From Octopus bimaculoides (Eukaryota), in NCBI RefSeq assembly GCF_001194135.2, contig NC_069002.1, forward strand, positions 18,823,371 through 18,884,875: DNA of 61,505 nt. Reading direction: 5' to 3'. Both the position numbers and the translations under genes were made by a program. Position 1 is the stretch's first letter; every line of letters begins with the position of its first letter. Below the pieces are notes generated by a model. The model did not search any database. It saw only the letters and a list, made by a program, of their open reading frames with translations, and was not told the origin of the DNA. Below are positions 25,060 to 36,617 of the stretch, piece by piece.

Positions 25060-25560
25060 GTAACAATGTAAGATCAATATCACACGCTTAATGTAATGAA
25101 GGTTTAAAATAACGATGACTCAATTTCAAGTAATATCTTACATAAACGCAGAATCTGGTCTAGGAAGCTTTTAATCTTGTCCATCATTTCTACAATTATG
25201 TTTAATGTCATTCTAACAATAGTACTTATCGTATTTCGTATTTTACTGTTTCCACCTCCTTAACTGCCGAAATCATATTCATGTTGCGTATATTGTGTTA
25301 CATATATATATATATACATACAATTGCTTTCATTTCATGATCCGGTTTGTTGTAAAGTATATGTAAACACTACAGGTTCAACGGTGTGTGGAAGAGGTAT
25401 TCTCGTGTCTGGTTGGTAGATATTTATATGAAAGGATATAAGTGATACATTGACAATAGCCGGTGGGTATTTAACTAGCTCAGACTCAGTGAAACGATAA
25501 ACGAAATTGTTTGAAGAATAAAAAGTGTTAATGAAGTAATGTCATAACATGTGTATGCCT

Positions 25561-25596
<36 letters not shown>

Positions 25597-25720
25597 ATGC
25601 GTGTCGAATTGTTTCGAATGACTGAGAGGAAAGTGTTGAATACATGCTGTAGATTTAAATAGTCTATTGAAACGTAAGACTCAATCCTTGACCTGATTTT
25701 CAATAAACTATACCTACACG

Positions 25721-25787
<67 letters not shown>

Positions 25788-27873
25788 ACTTACACACACG
25801 TATGCATGCCAATGACGTGAATTATTTCACGATTGATTTCGACTTGCTAGTTTGGAGTCCAGATACGATGTTTTGGTGAGGCGTCTGTACAATGAGTCAT
25901 GTAGCACATCAGAGAATGAAATTGAAACAAACTGCCACAGACAACGAAATGGTCTCTAGTGGTCTCTTAGAAATCTTCTTGGCAATTCTCCTCCTTCGCC
26001 AGTTCAAATTGTATTTCCATCATTTTGCTCCGTCGTTGGTGTCTCGAGACAGTGGTTGGTCTTGTTCTGTTTTGGCTCTCCTATTTGATTTATCTCATTT
26101 TGATTCAATCAAAAATAATATCACTTGTTAAAATATATTTTAATTAAAAAGACATTTTATTAAAAATTATCGCCTTTATTCTATGCTTGAACATCATCTT
26201 TGCTCACAACCCACAAATGTCTCACCCTGATAAGCCGGGGCCAAAAAAATAAGAACCTAAAGAAGAAGCCATAACCACTAAAAATACGAAAGCGTACTGA
26301 TAGAATGTATCAGTGAAAAGCCATATAAAATGTAAACATAACAGACCAGACATAGTGATTGGGACATGGAAGAGAAACTGTACAGAGTAGTGGAAATCTG
26401 TACCCTTGCGGATGTCAGCATAAAGCTAAAGATCAGCGAAAAATAAAATGCTTGCACTGAACTACTGAGAAGTTAATGGTTACTCAACTCGGATTACATG
26501 TCTACGTTTATGCATAGAATTATTAGGGTACTAGGATTTGTAACAAACTGTCGAATCACTAGCCTTGTGAGATTATACTTCTCGAAACCAGAAAAGTCAA
26601 AGCTACTTAGAAACTCAATGGAACTGTTAAAATTTGTAAAACTATCAAAAAATTATAGCATTTAAGTATGCATGCAACTATATATGCATGAGTAAATAAG
26701 CATCAAGCAAAATATAGAAATCTGTAGATGCACTGAATCAACTGTTGCATATATATACACAAACATGCACCAATACCTTGATGATGTTTTTAAAATTCCG
26801 GTGAAGCAGTCTTGGATGTAAGCTAGAAACAGCTCTTTCTCTATTAGCAATAAATATATATACACACACGCACATGCACGCACACACACACGCACACACA
26901 CACACACACAAACACACATCACACACCACACACACACACACTCTCACACACACACACGCATACACACACATGCATACACACACACACACACACACATGTA
27001 ACAATGTAAGATCAATATCACACGCTTAATGTAATGAAGGTTTAAAATAACGATGACTCAATTTCAAGTAATATCTTACATAAACGCAGAATCTGGTCTA
27101 GGAAGCTTTTAATCTTGTCTATCATTTCTACAATTATGTTTAATGTCATTCTAACAATAATACTTATCGTATTTCGTATTTTACTGTTTCGCCTTTCTTA
27201 ACTGCCGAAATCTTATTCATGTTGCGTATATTGTGTTACATATATATATATATACATACAATTGCTTTCATTTCATGATCCGGTTTGTTGTAAAGTATAT
27301 GCAAACACTACAGGTTCAACGGTGTGTGGAAGAGGTATTCTCGTGTCTGGTTGGTAGATATTTATATGAAAGGATATAAGTGATACATTGACAATAGCCG
27401 GTGGGTATTTAACTAGCTCAGACTCAGTGAAACGATAAACGAATTTGTTTGAATAAAAGGTTTTAGTGACGTAATGTCATAACATGTGCGTGTCTCTATG
27501 TGTGTGTGTTTGTGTGTGTGTGTGTGCGTGTGTGTGTGCACGCGCGCGCGTTGAATTGTTTCCAATGACTGATAGGAAAGTGTTGAGTTGAATACATGCT
27601 GTAGATTAAATGGTCTATTGAAACGTAAGACTCAATCCTTGACCTGATTTTCAATAAACTATACCTACACGTTCCATCATTTTGCTCCGTCTTTGGGGTC
27701 TTGAGTCAGAGGTTGGTCTTGTTCTGTTTGGGATCTCCTATTTGATTTTAACTCATTTTTATTCAATCAAAAATGATACCACTTGTTAAAATATATTTTA
27801 ATTAAAAAGACATTTTATTAAAAATTGTCACCTTTATTTTATGCTTGAACATCATCTTTGCTCACAACCCACA
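24304..27873. repeat. Tandem segmental duplication: 24304-26215 and 26239-27873
   Basis: Colinear alignment starts inside the LINE (ggccaaa..gaagccataaccact) and ends at ctcacaacccaca. Copy 2 lacks the equivalent of ~25722-26015. Confidence 0.95.
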
Positions 27874-28324
27874 CATTTCTCTCCTCTCTGCCTTTCCGTG
27901 ACTCAATGGTTGCCTGGCTGTCTCTCTCCCTCTCTAGTTACCATGTTTCCATTGAGATCACTTCTATTTATTTTTCTTACTCCTATCATTAAATGTATTT
28001 TCACTTGCACTCTTTCTCACTCCTCACTTCCGCTCACAAGACAATCTAACTCCCATCAAACGATCACAAGTATTCAATATATATTCATATTTCATAATTT
28101 TACAAAAAAACGATGTTTAATATTTATTTCGATATTCATTTCCCTTTTATAAAATGATTTCTCTGTTTATTCATATTACCCTGTTTTTGAATTAAAACAT
28201 ATTTCCGTAATAACTTCGTTTCTTTTCAATGTGTTAAGATTCTAAATTATTTTTTAGTTCCTTCATGACTAATTTTTCTTTCTTTCTTTTACAACTTTCG
28301 TAATGATTGCCAAAAGGAACGCAA

Positions 28325-28399
28325 ATGCCATTTACTGGAGGATGGACGTTTGGCACTTATGTATCACCAGAAACAGGTCGAGCCGTTGTGGTTGTCAAG
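28325..28399 (+). other. Candidate coding exon (MPFTGGWTFGTYVSPETGRAVVVVK)
   Basis: ATG at 28325 and a consensus donor AAG|gtaaat at 28400. Non-repetitive, with CpG retained. No recognised homolog. Confidence 0.3.
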
Positions 28400-28729
28400 G
28401 TAAATTAAAAGCACGAAAATTGTTTCGGAGAAAAGCGAAGCTGCACTACTAAATGCGCAACGAGCGTTAAATTTGCAATTTACATTCCTGTACATCTGTG
28501 CGAAGATAAAAAATATATTTTTTTAAAATAACATTGTTGAGTGTTTTTATATATAAATTTTGTTGAACGTGTGCGTGTGTGTGTGTGTGCATACATATAT
28601 GTGTGTGCGTATATCTGTTTGTAGGGCGGTGTGTACGCGTGTACTGGATTCTTTAGGTTTTGTTGTTGACAGTTTTTTTTGCCAGTGCATCGCACAGTCA
28701 TATATATTAATTGTATAAATAAATAAATA

Positions 28730-28790
<61 letters not shown>

Positions 28791-29288
28791 ATACGCACAC
28801 ACACTGGGAGCTATGCAGCTATTGTGCTGTTTCTGACACAAATATAGTTTAGCAGCTTTCAGTTAGTGTTGCTGTTGCTGCTACTGCTAACCCGACTATC
28901 TGATTTAATCTTTTTCCATTTATGGGGAGGCGCCAACCCATTTCAATGGAGAAAACAGAGCTCACTCTTTCTTGTGAAGTTTAAAATAAATTAAAAATAA
29001 AAACCAGTTCTCTCTCTTGCGACAACCATTTGAAAAACATAGAAGTTTATAATAAAGTTGGCATTTTTGTTGGCAAGATACGAAATATATTTCCTTAACA
29101 TATATCATGGACATAAGACAACAACCCCTGGTATCTGATTCAGTAACTTCTACTATAGCCCTGGGCTGATCAATGTTTTGTAATTGGATAGGGGTGACTG
29201 AAAGAAGACTATCGTACATACATACGTACATACATACATTTGAATATATATAGAGAGAGAGATTGAGAGATAGACAGATAGATGGATT

Positions 29289-29479
29289 CAGTTCTATATT
29301 TAAGAGATGAGAAATTATGTAGGTTATTTACCTTATTTACATTATTTACATTTGAGGGATATTTGTCCTCATCTTGTTTGTTGTTAACACAACGTTTCGG
29401 CTGATATACCCGCCAAGCCTTCATCAAGTGTCTTGGGGAAATTTCCAGCCTGAGTTCTCAATCATAAGGTATTTTTCGA

Positions 29480-29483
<4 letters not shown>
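29289..29483 (-). mobile_element. PLE-type terminal repeat carrying a hammerhead (left copy)
   Basis: Reverse complement of 29838-29994, roughly 88% identical. The PLE attribution is inferred from the minimal hammerhead. Confidence 0.7.
29386..29432 (-). ncRNA. Minimal type I hammerhead ribozyme, C3U variant
   Basis: Minus strand reads GACAC-UUGAUGA-A-GGCU..CAGCC-GAAA-CG-UU-GUGUU. Confidence 0.6.
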
Positions 29484-29564
<81 letters not shown>

Positions 29565-29732
29565 NNNNNNNNNNNNNNNNNNNNNNNNNNNNNNNNNNNN
29601 NNNNNNNNNNNNNNNNNNNNNNNNNNNNNNNNNNNNNNNNNNNNNNNNNNNNNNNNNNNNNNNNNNNNNNNNNNNNNNNNNNNNNNNNNNNNNNNNNNNN
29701 NNNNNNNNNNNNNNNNNNNNNNNNNNNNNNNN

Positions 29733-29821
<89 letters not shown>

Positions 29822-29837
29822 CAACAACAACAACAAC

Positions 29838-29994
29838 AACATGGAAGAATACCTTAGAAATGAGAACCCAGGTTCGAAATTTCCCCCAGACACCTGATGA
29901 AGACTGGAGGGTATATCAGCCGAAACGTTGTGTTAACAACAAACAAGATGAGGACAAATAACCGTTAAATGTAAATAAAGTAAATAATGTACAT
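29838..29994 (+). mobile_element. PLE-type terminal repeat carrying a hammerhead (right copy)
   Basis: gaataccttagaaatgagaacccagg...cctgatgaagactggagggtatatcagccgaaacgttgtgttaac... Confidence 0.7.
29889..29934 (+). ncRNA. Minimal type I hammerhead ribozyme
   Basis: Stem I GACAC/GUGUU; CUGAUGA at 29894-29900 plus an extra A; stem II GACUG/CAGCC (one mismatch; GGCUG in the consensus of the two copies); GAAA at 29922-25; palindromic ACGU stem III; GUU cleavage triplet. Confidence 0.7.
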
Positions 29995-30015
29995 AGATGG
30001 ATTGACAGACATGTA

Positions 30016-30127
<112 letters not shown>

Positions 30128-30164
30128 TAAATGCCCCTCTCCAGTACGTGACAACAGGAGCAGG

Positions 30165-30275
30165 TTTGTTTAGTCCCTGTTACTCAGTTGACTGATGAAA
30201 GAGACAAACAGAATAAGTATCAGGCTTAAAAGACGTTAAGTTCTGGAGTCGATTCATTCGACTGAACCCTGCAAA
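30165..30275 (+). mobile_element. SINE family B-related 3' fragment
   Basis: tgtttagtccctgttactcag...aaagagacaaacagaataagtatcaggctt...ggagtcgattcattcgact. Confidence 0.65.
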
Positions 30276-30344
30276 AGGGCTGCGCTTCAATGATGGAAGG
30301 AAGGGAAAAAAATCAAAGATAAAAGAATGATATCCAGGGCATTT

Positions 30345-30595
30345 AATTAACACTCACTCTTCTATTTAATTACCAATCACTCATAATTAATAAACGATCA
30401 CTCTTCTAATTAACTAACAATTACCCTTATAATCAATTAACAAACACTCTTGTAATTAATTAACAGTTACTCTTCTAATTAATTAACAATCACCCTTCTA
30501 ATTAATTAACAAATACTCTTGTAATTAATTAACACTCATATTATTAAGTAAAAATTACTCTTCTAATTAATTGCAATCACTCTTATAACCTAGTC
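30345..30595. repeat. Degenerate ~23-bp minisatellite (cactcttctaattaattaacaat), about 11 units
   Basis: Recurrent ctcttctaattaattaac units are directly visible. Confidence 0.85.
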
Positions 30596-31044
30596 AACAT
30601 CATTCCATGCGTCTTTTGTTTTTCTAAGAGAGTTTAGTTTGAGGCAGGTTTGGCTGTTACCATGTGATCTGCCATTTTGATCCTCTCTCATTGCTCATCT
30701 CTCTTTTACGTAATGTTGTTGTTTTTGTTATTGTTGTTGCCAAATGAAGGCAAACCGTGACTGTCTCTTGGTTTTCGGTGGTATCCATTACTACATTATC
30801 TAATCTGTGTTCTTTTGTTGTGTTAAGACAATGAAATATTATGTGGGGATAATTTGGCTACTATTTCTAGCAGGTTGAAGTACGACATTGAAGTTTTCTC
30901 TTTGTGATAAACATCATAATTTACATGGTCAACGCTTGATGTTGTCAATGAATTCAAACACAAAGGACAGAAATCTACGATGTTGTTTCTAACGCCAGCT
31001 GCTCCTTTTCCGCTTAACCTCATAATCCTTTCTGTTATCAACAC

Positions 31045-31440
31045 AAGGACTGAAATTCGCGGAAGGGGGTTAGTCAATTACATCGAATCCAGTAACTAGC
31101 TAGTACTATTTCATCGACCCCCAAAAGATGAAATAAAGTCTACCTCAGGGGAATTTGAACTAAGAACGTAAAACCGGATGAAATACCTTTGTCATATTTG
31201 TTCTCTGCGCTAACGACTCTGTCAGTGTGTCGCCTTTATCTCCCTAATAATCCCTTCTACTATAAGTACAAGGCTTGAAATTTTTGAGGAAGGGACTAGT
31301 CTGTTACATCGACCCCAAAAGGATGAAAGGCAAAGTCGACCTCTGCGGAATTTGTACTCAGAACGTAACGACTGCCGAAATGCCGCTAAGCATTTTGTCC
31401 AGCGTGCTAACGATTCTGCCAGCTCACCGGCGTCTTTATC
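31045..31440 (-). mobile_element. Two tandem SINE family A copies (31045-31245 and 31255-31440)
   Basis: Each has ctg[g/a]caga[a/g]tcgttagc, tacgttct[g/t]agt and g[g/t]ggtcgatg on the minus strand. Confidence 0.8.
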
Positions 31441-31578
31441 TCCCTAATAATGCTCTTCGGATGGTAATCGAAGATTAAAATCCCGTCGCGTTTCTTCCAT
31501 TTGTGTGGGTTACGAATTTAAATCACACCACACCTTCCAGCATCAACGTAAATTCCCTAACTCACGTTTCTTTCTCAG

Positions 31579-31686
31579 GATCGGTGGCGCTGTGAGGAGG
31601 ACGTGCAGGACCGCCAAAGCAACAACCACTTCTATTCTATCTTTGTACAAAAAAACAATTGCCAAGATATTTCTGAATTATTTTAA
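31579..31686 (+). other. Candidate exon with a strong acceptor (DRWRCEEDVQDRQSNNHFYSIFVQKNNCQDISELF*)
   Basis: Branch-like ctaac at 31557-61, polypyrimidine tract tttctttctc, and AG at 31577-78. Confidence 0.25.
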
Positions 31687-32036
31687 ACAGAAAAAATCGC
31701 CTACAAATTATGTTTTCTTAAACTCAATCTTCATTTCCTTATTTCTGTCTCACATTCATTACTTTCAAACCTTGACACTGACAAATTATACATTTCTCTC
31801 CCCCCCCCTCTCACTCCATCTCCCTCTTTTTTCTTTATTCCTTCCTTCCGTCCTTCCTCCGTTTTCTTCGGCTGTTTGTACTTGTGCCTCTGTTTTTATC
31901 AGTTCCTAGGAATTTCTCTGTGATTTCGAGCTTATTGTTCCCTTTTATCTTTCCATTGTATCTGCCACATTTTCACTAACACATACCTCCCACTTAACGC
32001 TCATCCCCTCCTAGATCTCTCTCTCTCTCTCTCTCG

Positions 32037-32102
<66 letters not shown>

Positions 32103-32939
32103 CCGTATGACGCTGTCTCATTTCGTATTCCACATCTGGCCTTTCTTCCATTGTGCACCATTCTTTCTTGCTTTTTTTTCTCAAATTTATTTCTTCGTTG
32201 TCTTTTCTGTTTCTCTTTCTACCTCTTTCCCCTCCCTCTCTCTCCCATAAATAACTCACACAATGACCGACTCATGGAGAAAATATTCCTATATGCATAT
32301 GCGCATGTGCGTGTGTATGTCTGTGTGTGAGTGAGTGTGTGCGTACGTGCGTGTATGTATGTGCGCGCCGTTCCATTCAATACTAGAAACCGTTTATAAC
32401 AATGATATTATACGATGTGGTGCTGAAACAAGGAGGAGGTTTCGTTTCTTGTCTTGTTTTTCCCCTGTTATGTCCTGGTTACAGGTTTTATGGTGAAAGT
32501 TTCCCTTTCAAAGTAGAGTGGAAAATGCCTGGCAGAGTCTTCTCCTGTGACGCTAGAATTGTTATTTTTACAGCTCTTGACCACATGTGAACCAATTTCC
32601 AAAGGATTTTATTTAAGTTATAGGGAATAGGTTTATATACTTCACACACTATACCTCAACTTGCTCCTCAAGGTTGTAATCAATTAAAACTTCGCCAGTA
32701 ATTAACTTGTAAAAAGGTTCATTAAAGTTAATGATGATTTTTTGAAGAAATATAAAAGCAGACAACTCTGTAAAGCAAATTACAGAAATAGAATAGGGGT
32801 AGACATTCAAGAGCGTGTCTAAGAAATGTTGCTTTGCATAAGACTGGTGGTTGTGAGTTGGTTGTAGAATTGAAGGTCATGTGTTGAGTGTGATGAAAAG
32901 TGGTGAGTGTTGGAGGGTAATGAGATGAAAAGTGTAAGA

Positions 32940-33570
32940 AGAGAAATTACAGCTGGTTAAGTGCAGTTCCATCTGATATCCACTGAGGATGTAGTTTTTA
33001 GAATGGTTTTAGGAGTGGTGAGTAACGGAAGTCATATGAAATTACCACGTCTTTCAACAAGATTTTACAAGTAATGCTGCCAGATACGTTGAAGGACTGG
33101 AGATAGATGTTAATCTCTGGATGAATGAAGTACACTGTAGATGGCCATATATTTTCCAACAGGACACAGAATCTTCCTACAAAGTCCCTGTAACTCAGAA
33201 TGGATGTCTTTACGATCGTCTAATATCAAACTTGTGATTTTCAAACATGCCATATTTATATTCCTTCGAATACTACGTTTGCAGGGTTGTTGGAAGGAAG
33301 AGTAATCGACGTCATCACAATATCATAGCTTCTCTGAAAGCTGCCATTGTCCAGATGATATCCGAAATGTTTACGAAGCATTTAATGCAGGCATGCCAAC
33401 GATTCCGGTCCCGCACTGGTGCATTCATCGCAGTTGAAGGCAGATTCAATGAATAATCACATTCAAAGCTTATCGGGAACATGAGTCCACATTTTTATTA
33501 AAACACATTTGGCATCTTCTAGATTAGACTGGCTTTATAAATTACCAAATATGTCCTCCAATACACCTCA
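32940..33570 (+). mobile_element. Tc1/mariner-superfamily relic, maT (DD37D)-like catalytic domain
   Basis: WLSAVPSDI; MVLGVVSN; WPYIFQQD; YYVCRVVGRKSNRRHHNIIASLKAAIV; ACQRFRSRTGAFIAVEG. The D-D spacing cannot be verified because of a deletion. Confidence 0.8.
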
Positions 33571-33720
33571 CCAAATTTATGCATATATGCACAAATATAT
33601 ACATACAAATATATATACACAAATATATACATAAAAATTATATATACCTAAATATATATTCATACAAATATACATACATATATATATATGTATATTTGTA
33701 TCTATGTACATATGTATATA

Positions 33721-33955
33721 CGAGGTGCCATCAAAAAGTTCCCGGACTAGTTCTGTAGCCCTTCAACTCAGTTGTGTGCGCAGTGAGAATTAGCAGTGAC
33801 CTTCATGAGGCAGTGCACCGAGTGGCATCATTATGTTTATTTCGCAAGTTGAAAACTTTATGTTTTAGTCATTACATATATATGCTGTAGTTTGCGATTT
33901 TATTCTGGGAAAGGAACAAAGAGCCAACGTGAAATCTTGCGTTAAACTTGCTGCC
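33721..33955 (+). mobile_element. Mariner 5' end (TIR to EQRANVKSCVKL)
   Basis: ta-cgaggtgccatcaaaaagttcccggact TIR; aligns with 4780-4940. Confidence 0.8.
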
Positions 33956-34215
33956 TTTGTATTACACCAATGATACTATCCACTCCATCTAAATTGAAGA
34001 CCAGCTACTGCTATAGCCTAGGGTTCAAAGGCCCACAGCTCTTCAATGCCTTGCCACAAAAATTAATAAATCTGCATAAGGTGAAAGTAGATGTCTTCAA
34101 AAAGGAACTCGACATCCTTCTCTTCACAATACCGGATGAACCAACAGCCCGACATGAGGTGGAGACGAGGGCAGCGGAATCGAATTCCCTTATACACCAA
34201 ATAGGCTAACAGCTG
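33956..34215 (+). mobile_element. CR1-group LINE 3' fragment
   Basis: SLGFKGPQLFNALP..VDVFKKELDILLFTIPDEPT. Confidence 0.8.
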
Positions 34216-34509
34216 GGACAAAGGCATATACAGGAATGGTGATGTGAAGCACCCCAGACTGAGGAAATCAGAAAGATTACAGTGGTGCTCCAGCATGACT
34301 GCAGCCGCATGGCTGAAACGAGTAAAATAGCATATATATATTTATGTATATGTATTTATGCATATATTTACATGCATTTATTTAGATCTATACATTTTTA
34401 TTCTTTTAGTTGTTGTTTCAGTCTACGAACAGCAGCCTCCCTGGAGCATCACGTTGTTTATATTAAACTAATACCTTTATTAAGTTTTTCTATTTTTTTT
34501 CTGGAAGTT

Positions 34510-35130
34510 TATCTGTAATTGATTTAGCAGCTGTTGATATTCCTTGAGCACAATTTAGTACAGAGGGTTAATCCGGTATTTTGGTGAGGAGGTCAGACTA
34601 CGTTTGCCTTTTTGTTACGATAGAGGTCGCTTTCATGTTCCTGATTGTTTTAGATAGGCATTTGAATACTTCATGGCCATTTCTAGCAGACAATTGCCAT
34701 ATAGTATCTATGCCTGTGATTTTAAAGGTGCTATGCGTGGAAGGTATGCAAGAACCTTTCAGTTCTTGCATTAAAATTTTCTTTCATGCTGAACTTTGGA
34801 ACATGACCTTGCAGGATCTTCCATAGATAGATAAAAACATACTTCTCATTGCATACTTTAAGAGAATTGAGACGTAGAGCTTTGGAACTTACCCAGTAAT
34901 GAAGGAAGTTATTTTATGAGCGAACGTTCTCTGTAATCTTTCAATTTCTTGTGAATAAATGTGTTTGGAAACCAAAGCTGGGAACAGTAATCTAGCCAAC
35001 ATTTCCTATGAGTAGTTTCTGGCTTTTCAATTTTGTGTTTAGTTTTATTTCTTCCTTTGGTCTCCTTACTTTTGTTATATTTTGTTAAAGGATGTTTCTG
35101 ATAACCTGACATGGAACTTGCAACAAATCT
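34510..35130 (-). mobile_element. CR1-group LINE 3' fragment
   Basis: LDYCSQLW; YLWKILQGHVP; LLTKIPD*P. Confidence 0.75.
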
Positions 35131-35842
35131 CAATTACGAAAATGATCTGTGAATCCGCAACGTCCTCTGTTTACCCAGTCATCATCTCACTTTCTCTGAT
35201 TTCTCATTATTTCTCCCCTCTCTCTTTCTCTTTTTCTGTCTTTATTGCATTTTTGTCATTGTAATATTTGAGCTTAAACGACCTCCCCTGAATCACCTGA
35301 GAAAAAATTCCCCTAAATATGTTTGGATCACGCAGTAATTTTGATTTATATATATCCTATGAAGTATTACCTTTTATATCCTCAAGGTACCTAATCATAT
35401 ATTTATTACGATTCCTTTTCCCACATGCAAACAAACTGATGCAAAATTTTGCTCTTGATGTTGTGAATATTGTTTAAACCGTTCCACTGTTTAGATTTCG
35501 TTTGAGATTTGGCGTCAAGAAACTCGGAATTACATTTTAAGTTTAAACTAGATACACATGTCCTTATGTCTTCAAGGTTACATATTAACTACGTAAGAAA
35601 TATACGATAACAATTTATTAACATAGTTTTGTTACCAACTAAGAAACTCACGACATCATTTGTAAAGGAATCTATAATTTATTTCTATTTACAAAAGCAA
35701 TATATTTATCGAATCAGCAATATATCGAATTACAGACGGGGGATAAATATTAATAACGATATGCCGGGAAAAACCAATGAAATTATTAATTTATTCAGAT
35801 TATCATTATATTGAACTGGTTCTTTTCGTCTCTCTTACATCT

Positions 35843-36032
35843 CCCTCTCTCTCTCTGTCTGTCTCTCTCTCTGTCTGTCTCTCTCTCTGTCTGTCTCTCT
35901 CTCTGTCTGTCTCTCTCTCTGTCTGTCTCTCTCTCTGTCTGTCTCTCTCTCTGTCTGTCTCTCTCTCTGTCTGTCTCTCTCTCTGTCTGTCTCTCTCTCT
36001 GTCTGTATCTCTCTCTCTCTCTCTCTCTCTCT
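35843..36032. repeat. 16-bp minisatellite (ctctctctctgtctgt)n
   Basis: About ten regular units are directly visible. Confidence 0.9.
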
Positions 36033-36542
36033 CGTATATGCATGCACACAGAGACACACACTGATACATACATACACGCATACATACAATATAAATTTTT
36101 AACCATTAATTTCGAAGCTACAATAAGAATTGTGAAATCTTCCCCTCTCCCACCTCAAACATACAGTAGGAGAGAGAGAGAGTAAATCTGGGATGCAAAT
36201 CGGTGCGTGATATATCGATTCTATTGAGTTAGGATGCATCGCTTCAGGAGAATATTTACGAAGGTAGTTGCAATGGGTTTCGATCTACCGGTTTGGAGAT
36301 CACTTGGATCCAGAGATTAATCAATAAACAAAAACACTTTCATGCTTTGATCCTGTATAGACAATTTATTGTTAAATATCGTGGTTACTGCTCCCGTCTG
36401 CATTTGCTGCACTTTGTTAATATGGTGACAAAACCTTTGCCAATTCAATTGCTCGGTCTTGTTTGCACTCTCCCGCTCTCCGTCTCGATCCCAGTCTCTC
36501 TCTCCCCAAACACATACGCGCGCCTTCACACACACACGCACA

Positions 36543-36617
<75 letters not shown>

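Noticed and set aside
32486-32590. Acceptor (ggttacag) as a partner for the 28325-28399 exon
   Set aside because: The phase-0 reading hits TGA after three codons.
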